Shown here in pieces: positions 56,100-64,000 of a stretch of DNA of 64,000 nt. Numbering within the stretch: the stretch's first letter is position 1; each line of letters opens with the position of its first letter. The notes under the pieces are model-generated. The model worked only from the letters and a program-made list of their open reading frames with translations, did not search any database and was not told the origin of the DNA. The position numbers and the translations under genes are program-made. The DNA comes from Alphaproteobacteria bacterium. Its GTDB lineage: Bacteria > Pseudomonadota > Alphaproteobacteria > Rickettsiales > UBA1997. Where the stretch lies: assembly GCA_030835905.1 (NCBI GenBank), contig JAURQX010000046.1:2288-66287 (forward strand). Reading direction: 5' to 3'.

Positions 56100-56238
56100 A
56101 AATTTTCTATTTAGCTAACTTAAATCAAAAATGGGTCAAAGTCCTATTTTATAACTAATTTATACAAAATTATAACACTAAACAACTTTTAAATTAGCAA
56201 ATTTAATTAAAATTACTAACATTTGTTAATAATATTGA

Positions 56239-58608
56239 TTAAAAACTAGTTCCAAAGCTGAATCTAAAATTTTGGGTTTGGTCATAATATTCTTTTTTCG
56301 CAATTCTTGAAAAGTCAAGTCTTATTGGCCCCATTGGAGAAGACCAAGCTATACTCAAACCATATGAAGACCTAATAGAGCCGCTGTCAGCAATTTCATT
56401 ATTTAAGCGATTAATATGATCCACCCCCTTTACTGTACCATTATCTGAAAATAAAATACCATTAATACCAAACTCCTTAGGAAGTCCAAGCGGGAATTGA
56501 AATTCAGCAGTGCCGATGTAATAAATATTGCCTCCTACTATGTCGCCATTAGTAAAGCTATTTCCAACTTTTGCTCTTGGACCAAGTCCTGCATATTGAA
56601 AACCTCTAAAATTATTGCCGCCTAAGAAAAATCCATAATTACTTCTAACATCTTGGCTAATACCGTCAATAAAACCTCCCTGGGCTGACAATTTAAAAAT
56701 AAAATCATTATTGACTACTGGCTGATAAAAAGCAGCAGAACCTTCATATTTATTATTTTTAATATCTCCACCAAGTCCACTATACTCCTGACTTAGGGAG
56801 ATATAATAGCCAGAAGTTGTTTTGAAGGCGTTATCTCTTTTGTCGTAGAAAAAATTATTCCTAATTTTCGAGCTTAAGAAATTACCCTCAAGGTTTTTAA
56901 TGCTCAAAGATGCAGAATCACTAATATTGCTAACATCTTGTTCATTTAATGAATAACTTAGGTTGTGACGAAGAAATTCACTAATATTATAACCTATTCT
57001 AACTGTAAAGCCTTTAGAATTTTGGTCGTATGATAGCGAGTTTCTTTTATCAAGTTGATAGTTAAAAATATCAAAACCGGCATCTAAAGGATAATCTAAA
57101 AAATAAGGTTTAGTGTAGCTAATATCGGAAGAAAGTCGTGAATAAGATTTTTGAACATTTAATGATAAATCTCTACCGGTTCCAAAAAGATTTCTTTCTC
57201 TGATTCCAGCATTTGTAGTCAGGCGATCAACGGTCGAATAGCCAATTCCAAGGTTCATTTCCCCAGTTTTCTTCTCTTTGACTTCAATCACTAAATCAAT
57301 TTGGTTTGAGTCTGGTACTTGTTTAGTATCAAATTCAACCTTTTCAAAAAATCCTAGATTTTGTAATAATTGCTTGGATCTGTTTATTTTATTTATATTA
57401 AAAGGATCCCCTTCTTTTATACGAAGCTCACGCAAAATAACCTTCGTAAGAGTTCTGTCATTACCAATAGTAATAATATCTCTAATATAAATATTTGGAG
57501 TTTCCTTAATAATTAGCTCAATGTTGATTGTTTTTGCTTGCTTATCTCTGATTAATTTTGGTTCAATTTCAGCAAAGGCGTATGAATTTTGGTTTAAAAT
57601 ATCAACCATGTTATCTATAGTAGTTTCAACTTTATTGAAATCATAAATTTTACCCTTCTTAACAACAATTTCTTTTTCTAGTAAGTTAGCTCTTTTAAAG
57701 TTTTTAATTTCATTAACAATCCTAACATCTCCAAAATTATATTTTATACCTTCCTCAACTAAAAAGTTAATATCAAACCTATCTTTTTTTTGATTTATTT
57801 GAGCAACGGCCGAGATAGTAGCAAAGTCTGCATAACCACGACTATTATAGAATCTTCTTAGTCTTTCTTTGTCATACTCTATACGATCTGAATCATAAAT
57901 GTCAGAGGATGAAAGAAATTTATGCCATTTAGTTTGTTTGGTTGAAAGCTCATCCTTTAAGTCATTGTCTGAAAAAGCTTTATTGCCAAAAAAGCTGATT
58001 TGATTAATTTTAGCTCTCTTACCTTCCTTGATATCAAAGATAACCTCGACTCTATTTTGTTCTTTTTGAATTAATTTGGGGTCAATTTTTGTTAAAAAAC
58101 GACCAGATTTAAGATAAATTTCATTAATTCTCTTAAGATCACTTTCTAGCTTATATTTGCTAAAAATCTCTCTTTTGCGCAGTGAAAGTTCATTTTTTAA
58201 GGCATCGTCATCGATTTTTTTGTTGCCAACAATTTTTATATCCAAAACCAGAGGATTTTCTATAACTTTAATTTCTACATAACTAATATGATCAACAATC
58301 TCAATATTGACAAACAAACCGGAAGCGTAGAGATTTTTAAGGGCGGTTTTAAATGAATTATCTTCTCTTTTAATAATTGCTTGTTCATCAATCAAGGACA
58401 AAATTGAACTACTATCAACCCTGCTATTACCAGAAATCAAAATACCATTAGAACTTAATTGATCGCTATTGCTCTTTAAATCCGCAATTAAAAATGACTC
58501 TTTTGAAAAGGAATTTTGTGAAAAATATAGCAAAAAGGTTGCAAAGAAAACTGCTAGCCAAAAGTTTTTAGGTAATTTAAATATGTTATCAGTTTTGAAA
58601 AAGATCAT
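56239..58608 (-). CDS. bamA: outer membrane protein assembly factor BamA
   Basis: Signal peptide, repeated POTRA segments, Omp85 barrel, C-terminal FRFSFGTSF. Confidence 0.9.
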   Translation of the reverse strand: MIFFKTDNIFKLPKNFWLAVFFATFLLYFSQNSFSKESFLIADLKSNSDQLSSNGILISGNSRVDSSSILSLIDEQAIIKREDNSFKTALKNLYASGLFVNIEIVDHISYVEIKVIENPLVLDIKIVGNKKIDDDALKNELSLRKREIFSKYKLESDLKRINEIYLKSGRFLTKIDPKLIQKEQNRVEVIFDIKEGKRAKINQISFFGNKAFSDNDLKDELSTKQTKWHKFLSSSDIYDSDRIEYDKERLRRFYNSRGYADFATISAVAQINQKKDRFDINFLVEEGIKYNFGDVRIVNEIKNFKRANLLEKEIVVKKGKIYDFNKVETTIDNMVDILNQNSYAFAEIEPKLIRDKQAKTINIELIIKETPNIYIRDIITIGNDRTLTKVILRELRIKEGDPFNINKINRSKQLLQNLGFFEKVEFDTKQVPDSNQIDLVIEVKEKKTGEMNLGIGYSTVDRLTTNAGIRERNLFGTGRDLSLNVQKSYSRLSSDISYTKPYFLDYPLDAGFDIFNYQLDKRNSLSYDQNSKGFTVRIGYNISEFLRHNLSYSLNEQDVSNISDSASLSIKNLEGNFLSSKIRNNFFYDKRDNAFKTTSGYYISLSQEYSGLGGDIKNNKYEGSAAFYQPVVNNDFIFKLSAQGGFIDGISQDVRSNYGFFLGGNNFRGFQYAGLGPRAKVGNSFTNGDIVGGNIYYIGTAEFQFPLGLPKEFGINGILFSDNGTVKGVDHINRLNNEIADSGSIRSSYGLSIAWSSPMGPIRLDFSRIAKKEYYDQTQNFRFSFGTSF

Positions 58609-59009
58609 TAATTATTTGACTTTCAATACAATTTTTATATAGAATACGTACAAAGTATTTTTGCTTTTAAGTAAAAATATCTTGCATGTACTTAAAAAAT
58701 AGGTATGATTTGTTGAAGATTAATAAATCTGCAACGATTGAATAATAAATTTTAGGTAAAAACAATATTTACCAATTATTTTATTTACAATTTAAAAAGG
58801 CCTGATATTTTAATTTGTCTTTTTTATAAAAAATTGTTGTAGTATTTCCAACTGAGCTTAAATAACAGGCTTAGTTGGAAATGCTATGGCTTCAAATATT
58901 GGTTCAACTTAATATCGTTACTGAAGTTTATAAAAATTTTAAGTAATTTTAGCAATTAGCTAAATTCAGTTGATTTCTTAGTAATTTTGTAAGTCATGCT
59001 TTGTAAGAA

Positions 59010-60314
59010 ATGTACCAAAAGTCAAAATCAATTAGTGAAGTTGTAACTTCAAAAGTTACCTATCTTCACAATTATTTGCCAGCAAATGTTGCAAGCTCTA
59101 GCAAAGATTCTATTCAAGAATTTGCTACTAAAAACGCTCCAGAACTTCCAGTTTATTTTTTTAGACCCCAATCTGTCAAAAAAGCCACAAGTTTTTTTAA
59201 GCAGAATTTTCGCTTCAACTACCATAAATCAAGGATTTTATATTCTGTAAAAAGCAATCCAGATCAAGAAACTTTAAAATTGCTATTTTCTAATGGCATA
59301 AAAGAATTTGACGTCGCTTCTCTTAATGAAGTTAAGTTGATCAGTCAATTATTTGGTGATGATGTTAAAATGTATTTTATGCATCCAGTCAAATCTATAC
59401 AAGCCATTAGCAAGGCCTATTTTGAATATGGTGTCAGAGATTTCTCTTTGGATAGCTCGGAAGAATTAAATAAGATTGTTAGTGCTACTAAAAATGCCAA
59501 AGATTTAAATCTACATGTTAGATTGGCGATTCCAAGGTCAAATGCTGCCATTGAGCTCTCAACAAAGTTTGGCATCTTACCATCACACAGTATTGGATTA
59601 ATTAGAAAAAGTCGAAATTTTGCAAAAAAGCTTGGTATTTGTTTTCATGTAGGCTCACAATGTATGGATCCAATTGAATACCGCAAAGCTATTATGATAG
59701 CAAGCGATTGCATCAAAACTTCATCGGTTAAAATAGATGTTTTAGACATTGGAGGTGGCTTTCCTTCGATTTATCCAACTTTTCGTCCTCCAAAATTAGT
59801 GAATTACTTTGAAGAAATTATCGATAGCATAAATTCAATAAATCTTGATAAGGATTGTGAAATTTGGTGCGAACCAGGTAGGGCTTTAGTTACTGAATCA
59901 ACCTCATTGTTAGTTAAAGTCGAACTAAGAAAAGATAATAATCTATATATTAATGATGGTACTTATGGCGGTCTTTTTGATGCCGGAACTCCAGAATTTA
60001 CATATCCTTGCCGTGCAATAAGAGTTAATAATAAGTCTAAGCTTGAAAGTGAAATGGATTCCTTTAGCTTTTTTGGTCCAACATGTGATTCAATAGATTT
60101 TATGAAAGGGCCTTTTTACCTGCCAAAAAATATCAAGACAGGGGATTATATTGAGATCTATCAGCTTGGATCATACTCAAAAACAATGAGAACTAACTTT
60201 AATGGCTTTGCTGACTACCTTCAGGTGCAAATCAATGAAGATTTACATTTTAGCATTTTCGATGAAGATTGCGAGGTTAATGACGCTATTTCCATTTTAA
60301 GACCCCTACTTTAG
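59010..60314 (+). CDS. fold-type III PLP-dependent decarboxylase (ornithine/lysine decarboxylase-like)
   Basis: YSVKSNP (PLP lysine), HVGSQ, DIGGGFP, EPGRALV, GPTCDSID. Confidence 0.8.
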   Translation: MYQKSKSISEVVTSKVTYLHNYLPANVASSSKDSIQEFATKNAPELPVYFFRPQSVKKATSFFKQNFRFNYHKSRILYSVKSNPDQETLKLLFSNGIKEFDVASLNEVKLISQLFGDDVKMYFMHPVKSIQAISKAYFEYGVRDFSLDSSEELNKIVSATKNAKDLNLHVRLAIPRSNAAIELSTKFGILPSHSIGLIRKSRNFAKKLGICFHVGSQCMDPIEYRKAIMIASDCIKTSSVKIDVLDIGGGFPSIYPTFRPPKLVNYFEEIIDSINSINLDKDCEIWCEPGRALVTESTSLLVKVELRKDNNLYINDGTYGGLFDAGTPEFTYPCRAIRVNNKSKLESEMDSFSFFGPTCDSIDFMKGPFYLPKNIKTGDYIEIYQLGSYSKTMRTNFNGFADYLQVQINEDLHFSIFDEDCEVNDAISILRPLL

Positions 60315-60364
60315 ACCAAAAAATAAAGCATAAATGTATAATTTTGGCAGTCTGTTTATTTTTG

Positions 60365-61420
60365 TTACTTTGTGTACTTCTCCCTATATTTAGCGGCAAA
60401 AAACTTAATTAAAACGCTGCATATTGCTGTTAGAGGTACAGCAATTAGAATTCCAAAAAATCCAAAAATAACTCCAAAGAAGAATAGTCCAAATATTATC
60501 CAAGCTGGATGAATACCAATTTTATCGCCAATAAGTTTGGGTGCAACAAAGTTTCCTTCAATAAATTGGCCTACTGCAAAAATTATGACTATTGTTGATA
60601 AATTTGTTAAATCTAATCCCCATTGAAAAAGAGCTACCACCAACCCTATCGCTATACCGATTAAAACTCCAAAATATGGAATAAAGGAAAAAATTCCAGT
60701 TAAAAAGCCAATTAAGAAACCAAAATTAAGACCACTATAATTAAGAGCGACAGCATAAAATATGCCAAGTAAAAGACATACATTGGCTTGACCTCTTATA
60801 TATTTTGATAAAGTTCTATCAATGTCAAAGATGACTTGCTTGATAGTTGAGGCTGATTTTTTGGGTAAGTGATCTGAAATATTATTAACAATTACATCCC
60901 AATCCTTCAAAAAGTAAAAAACTAAAATTGGCGATATAAAGATTAATGATAGCATGTTTATCAGTGAGAAAGAAGAGGTTATAGCTCCATTTAAAATATT
61001 TTTTGAAATATCAAATGCTGAAAATGCATTACCTTCAGAAAATAAATCGTGGATTTTTTGATCAACATCTATTCCAGATCTCTCAAGTTTGGCAATGATT
61101 TCTGGATAGATATCGTAATATAAAACTTTAATATATGACGGGATCGTGTTGATAAAATCAATAAACTGTGTATAAATTATTGGTGTTATATATGAAAAAA
61201 GTAGTATGTTAAAGGTAATGAATAGCGTTATGATTAGCAAGGTTGAAATAGAGCGACAAACATTATGCTTTTTATGAAGATAATCAACTGGGGGGTTTAA
61301 AAAGTAAGCCAAAATTACCGAAACCACAAAAGGTGTTAAAATAGATCTTATGTTATATATCAGCGCAAAAAAAATTGTTAAGCAAAATATACTTAAAAGG
61401 AATCTATCTTTGACTGTCAT
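60365..61420 (-). CDS. AI-2E/PerM-family transporter
   Basis: Eight-TM UPF0118 architecture; IPYFGVLIG and GIHPAWIIF segments. Confidence 0.75.
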   Translation of the reverse strand: MTVKDRFLLSIFCLTIFFALIYNIRSILTPFVVSVILAYFLNPPVDYLHKKHNVCRSISTLLIITLFITFNILLFSYITPIIYTQFIDFINTIPSYIKVLYYDIYPEIIAKLERSGIDVDQKIHDLFSEGNAFSAFDISKNILNGAITSSFSLINMLSLIFISPILVFYFLKDWDVIVNNISDHLPKKSASTIKQVIFDIDRTLSKYIRGQANVCLLLGIFYAVALNYSGLNFGFLIGFLTGIFSFIPYFGVLIGIAIGLVVALFQWGLDLTNLSTIVIIFAVGQFIEGNFVAPKLIGDKIGIHPAWIIFGLFFFGVIFGFFGILIAVPLTAICSVLIKFFAAKYREKYTK

Positions 61421-61439
61421 TAGCCTTTATTTTTATTAA

Positions 61440-62531
61440 TTAATTCATGGTTATGGCGCTGAAATAGTTAAATGATTTTCTGTTAACTATTAGTCCAATA
61501 GATAAAAAGTCACTTTCCATTAAGGCTTGATTTTTATCATAAAAAGCAGCTATAACCACAAAGTCACGAGAAATTGTTTTGATCTCTAAACCGTTTAGAA
61601 ATGTAGCTGATTCAAGCTTATTTTTAATCATCAACCAATGACCTAAGCTAGTGATTGGTATGCCAATATATTTTTTACCATCGTCAGCAAAGTCAATTTT
61701 ATGATCTTGTTGATTGAGATATTGAATTGTCTTTTTGGCAACAATATCAAGTAACTCATTTTCTTCTAGAGCATTAGCATTCACAAAGTTCAATCTGATT
61801 CTTTTGCGATGAATATTTTGTAAATAAGTAATATCGACATAAGCTTCATGCTTAATTTTGTTATAAGAAAATATCAAGCTATAAGCTGAGTCTGCATCAT
61901 ATCTATTAGCAATTTCAGCAATATCTTGAAATTTTGGTTCAATAAATATTGCTTCATCAAGCAAAGTTAGGTTGTCTATTGAAGGCTCAACTGTTTTATA
62001 AATTTTACTTCGACTATTTTGTAAATTATTTATAATTGCAGTTTTCCAATTATTGGCTTCACTCCAAAAATAGATCTGATTATCAACTTTTTTGGCGGGT
62101 AGTATTAAATAATTTTCAGCTTTTTTATTTTGTTCGAAATCTTTAAGATTTTTTTGCAAAATTGCGTGATCAATAAAATCTTGATCAAAGATAATATTTA
62201 GCGAAGCAAAATATTCATTTCCAGCTATTCTTTCACCTTCAACTTGTTGAGATCTGATTGTGTCTGAAATTTCTTGATCATCAAAAAGTTCATCAGCGTT
62301 AGCTTTAATCTCAAGATTTTGTAGCATGATTTTAAAAGCGCGCCTTCTCGCGTCGGCAATAGCTACTTTGCGTGCTTGGAAAGGATCATCTGCTACAGCG
62401 TTAGCAATAACACCCTGAACATGATATTTACTATCGCTCTTTTTGGCATGAGCTTGCAAGGTGGTAATGAATAAAAAAATTAGTAAGTTGCATAAAAAAT
62501 AACCTAACTTAGTAGTAATTGAACTTGTCAT
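61440..62531 (-). CDS. hypothetical secreted protein (possibly DUF2066-like; weak recollection)
   Basis: Signal peptide ending AHA; N-terminal YHVQGVIANAVADDPFQARKVAIADARRRAFKIML. Confidence 0.35.
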   Translation of the reverse strand: MTSSITTKLGYFLCNLLIFLFITTLQAHAKKSDSKYHVQGVIANAVADDPFQARKVAIADARRRAFKIMLQNLEIKANADELFDDQEISDTIRSQQVEGERIAGNEYFASLNIIFDQDFIDHAILQKNLKDFEQNKKAENYLILPAKKVDNQIYFWSEANNWKTAIINNLQNSRSKIYKTVEPSIDNLTLLDEAIFIEPKFQDIAEIANRYDADSAYSLIFSYNKIKHEAYVDITYLQNIHRKRIRLNFVNANALEENELLDIVAKKTIQYLNQQDHKIDFADDGKKYIGIPITSLGHWLMIKNKLESATFLNGLEIKTISRDFVVIAAFYDKNQALMESDFLSIGLIVNRKSFNYFSAITMN

Positions 62532-62652
62532 CGAAGAAACTATTATTGTAAATCAAATTTAGCAAAATTATAGTAGTAACCACCAACTATAATTATATAA
62601 GTTATAAGTGGTTAGTAATAACTTATTTACTGAATTACAAGTAACAAGAAAA

Positions 62653-63654
62653 ATGTCAAATAACGAATCCCTAAATTATAAATCTGCCGGAGTTGATATA
62701 GATGCTGGTAATAAGCTGGTTGATATGATTAAGCCACTAGCTAAGGCAACATCAAGAATTGGTGCAAATTCTGAATTAGGAGGTTTTGGTTCTCTTTTTG
62801 ATCTAAAAAAATGCAATTTCAAAGATCCAATTTTAGTATCAGCAACTGATGGCGTTGGTACTAAATTAAAAATTGCTCTTGCTGAAAACAAGCACGATAC
62901 CATCGGTATTGATTTGGTAGCTATGTCGGTTAATGATTTAGTGGTGCAAGGCGCTGAACCATTATTCTTTCTTGATTACTTTGCTTGTTCAAAACTTGAC
63001 ACTAAATTAGCTCAACAAGTAATAAAAGGAATTGCTGACGGTTGTAAATTAGCTGGTTGTGCATTGGTTGGTGGTGAAACCGCAGAAATGCCTGGAATTT
63101 ACAGTAATGACGACTATGACTTAGCTGGTTTTGCTGTTGGTTGTGTTGAAAGAGATGAAATTCTACCAAAACAAACAAATTCTAGTGATGTCTTAATTGG
63201 CTTGAAATCAAGCGGTATCCACTCTAACGGCTTTTCACTAGTTAGACATATTTTGGCTAAAAAAAACATTGATTTTAATTTCAATTTTAATGGCCAAAAA
63301 CTTGTAGAAGTTTTACTTGAGCCAACTAAAATTTATGTTAAATCTTGCCTGCAAACAATCAGTACTGGCAAAGTTAAAGCCTTAGCTCACATAACAGGTG
63401 GCGGTCTTTATGAAAATTTGCAAAGAGTTATTGACAAAAATCTCAAAATTAAAATTGATCTAGCCAGCTTTGAAAGGCCCGAAATATTTAAATTTTTACA
63501 AAAAGAGGGAAATATCGCTGAAAGCGAAATGATTCGTACCTTTAATTGCGGAATTGGCATGATTGCAGTAGCTGCTAAACAAGATTGTGATGAGATTTTA
63601 CAAAAATTCAAAGAAAATGGTGAAGAAGCATTTATAATAGGGCAATTAAATTAA
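62653..63654 (+). CDS. purM: phosphoribosylformylglycinamidine cyclo-ligase
   Basis: YKSAGVDIDAGN start, GGFGSLF, DGVGTK, GGETAEMPG; start moved to ATG 62653. Confidence 0.9.
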   Translation: MSNNESLNYKSAGVDIDAGNKLVDMIKPLAKATSRIGANSELGGFGSLFDLKKCNFKDPILVSATDGVGTKLKIALAENKHDTIGIDLVAMSVNDLVVQGAEPLFFLDYFACSKLDTKLAQQVIKGIADGCKLAGCALVGGETAEMPGIYSNDDYDLAGFAVGCVERDEILPKQTNSSDVLIGLKSSGIHSNGFSLVRHILAKKNIDFNFNFNGQKLVEVLLEPTKIYVKSCLQTISTGKVKALAHITGGGLYENLQRVIDKNLKIKIDLASFERPEIFKFLQKEGNIAESEMIRTFNCGIGMIAVAAKQDCDEILQKFKENGEEAFIIGQLN

Positions 63655-63656
63655 CG

Positions 63657-64000
63657 ATGACCAAAAATAAAAACTCAATACATTTGCAAGACTTTCCGGA
63701 TGTGTCATTTATCAAGGAAGATTGCAGTCTGGAGCAAAATATGGATTTAGTGCGCGACATCTGCTCAACCGCTCTTTCAATTCGTGATCAAAAAAATCTT
63801 CGCGTTAGGTTGCCTCTTAAAAAATTAACCATTATCGGCAAAAATTCTCAGGATGTTTTAGCTTTCAAAGATATTATTGCTGATGAAGTTAATGTTAAAA
63901 ATATCGAAATTAGCAATGATTTATCGCAAATTGCTGAATTTAAATTACAAATAAACTTCAAAAAAATCGGTGCCAAATATAGCTCAAAAATGAAAGAAAT
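63657..64000 (+). CDS. ORF matching only the C-terminal (post-anticodon-binding) region of type-2 isoleucyl-tRNA synthetase; runs off the window
   Basis: My translation: MTKNKNSIHLQDFPDVSFIKEDCSLEQNMDLVRDICSTALSIRDQKNLRVRLPLKKLTIIGKNSQDVLAFKDIIADEVNVKNIEISNDLSQIAEFKLQINFKKIGAKYSSKMKE. It matches the SVHLxDFP...M..VR.I...R....VRQPL...ElNVK...NFK.lG motif series of IleRS type 2 around residue ~800. The in-frame TGA at 63621-63623 closes the frame upstream. Confidence 0.6.
   Translation, partial: MTKNKNSIHLQDFPDVSFIKEDCSLEQNMDLVRDICSTALSIRDQKNLRVRLPLKKLTIIGKNSQDVLAFKDIIADEVNVKNIEISNDLSQIAEFKLQINFKKIGAKYSSKMKE

Noticed and set aside
1-64000. Search for DnaA boxes (TTATCCACA), rRNA, tRNA, tmRNA, RNase P and SRP RNA
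   Set aside because: Only partial ttatcca strings were seen (e.g. 10991, 50271). No GC-rich structured segments typical of stable RNAs were found in any spacer. No origin or stable RNA gene is claimed.

Overview
Dense, AT-rich (about 30% G+C by eye, not computed) chromosomal segment with about 62 protein-coding genes, nearly all housekeeping. Main gene groups: ubiA-nadD-tatD-tadA-parA-parB-hisC; porin / feoA-feoA-feoB; asd; hemH; pdhA-pdhB-ftsB-dnaG-rpoD; bolA; rodA; rplY; bcp; yaaA-birA-queE-znuC-znuB; ftsQ; dgt; kbl; thiL; lpxC; panB; asmA-like; murG; argF; rplM-rpsI; rpiB; trmB-murB; rpmB; corA; bamA; purM. Several features suggest an alphaproteobacterium, plausibly a host-associated Rickettsiales/Holosporales-like lineage (inference only): a DUF1013/TrcR-type protein, split E1 pdhA/pdhB, a canonical parS cluster at parAB, VirB2-type pilins, a secreted ankyrin protein and RPE-like palindromic repeats. 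I found no rRNA, tRNA or CRISPR array. Non-core content: (1) one apparently intact IS1-family element (850 bp, inverted repeats, 8-bp target duplication, A-AAA-AAC slippery site) sitting in the loop of a hairpin repeat; (2) three families of dispersed structured repeats, one supplying the last codons and stop of bolA, another showing compensatory stem changes just 3' of two genes; (3) two tandem VirB2-like pilin paralogs with cysteine-rich variable N-termini and no other T4SS gene nearby; (4) a prepilin-LamG fusion protein coupled to dgt; (5) a stand-alone ORF matching only the C-terminal part of a type-2 isoleucyl-tRNA synthetase directly after purM; (6) a Fur box between a porin gene and the feo operon; (7) an unexplained G-rich triple repeat upstream of rpiB. 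I cannot identify a clear-cut multi-gene novel system. The findings below are leads ranked by interest.
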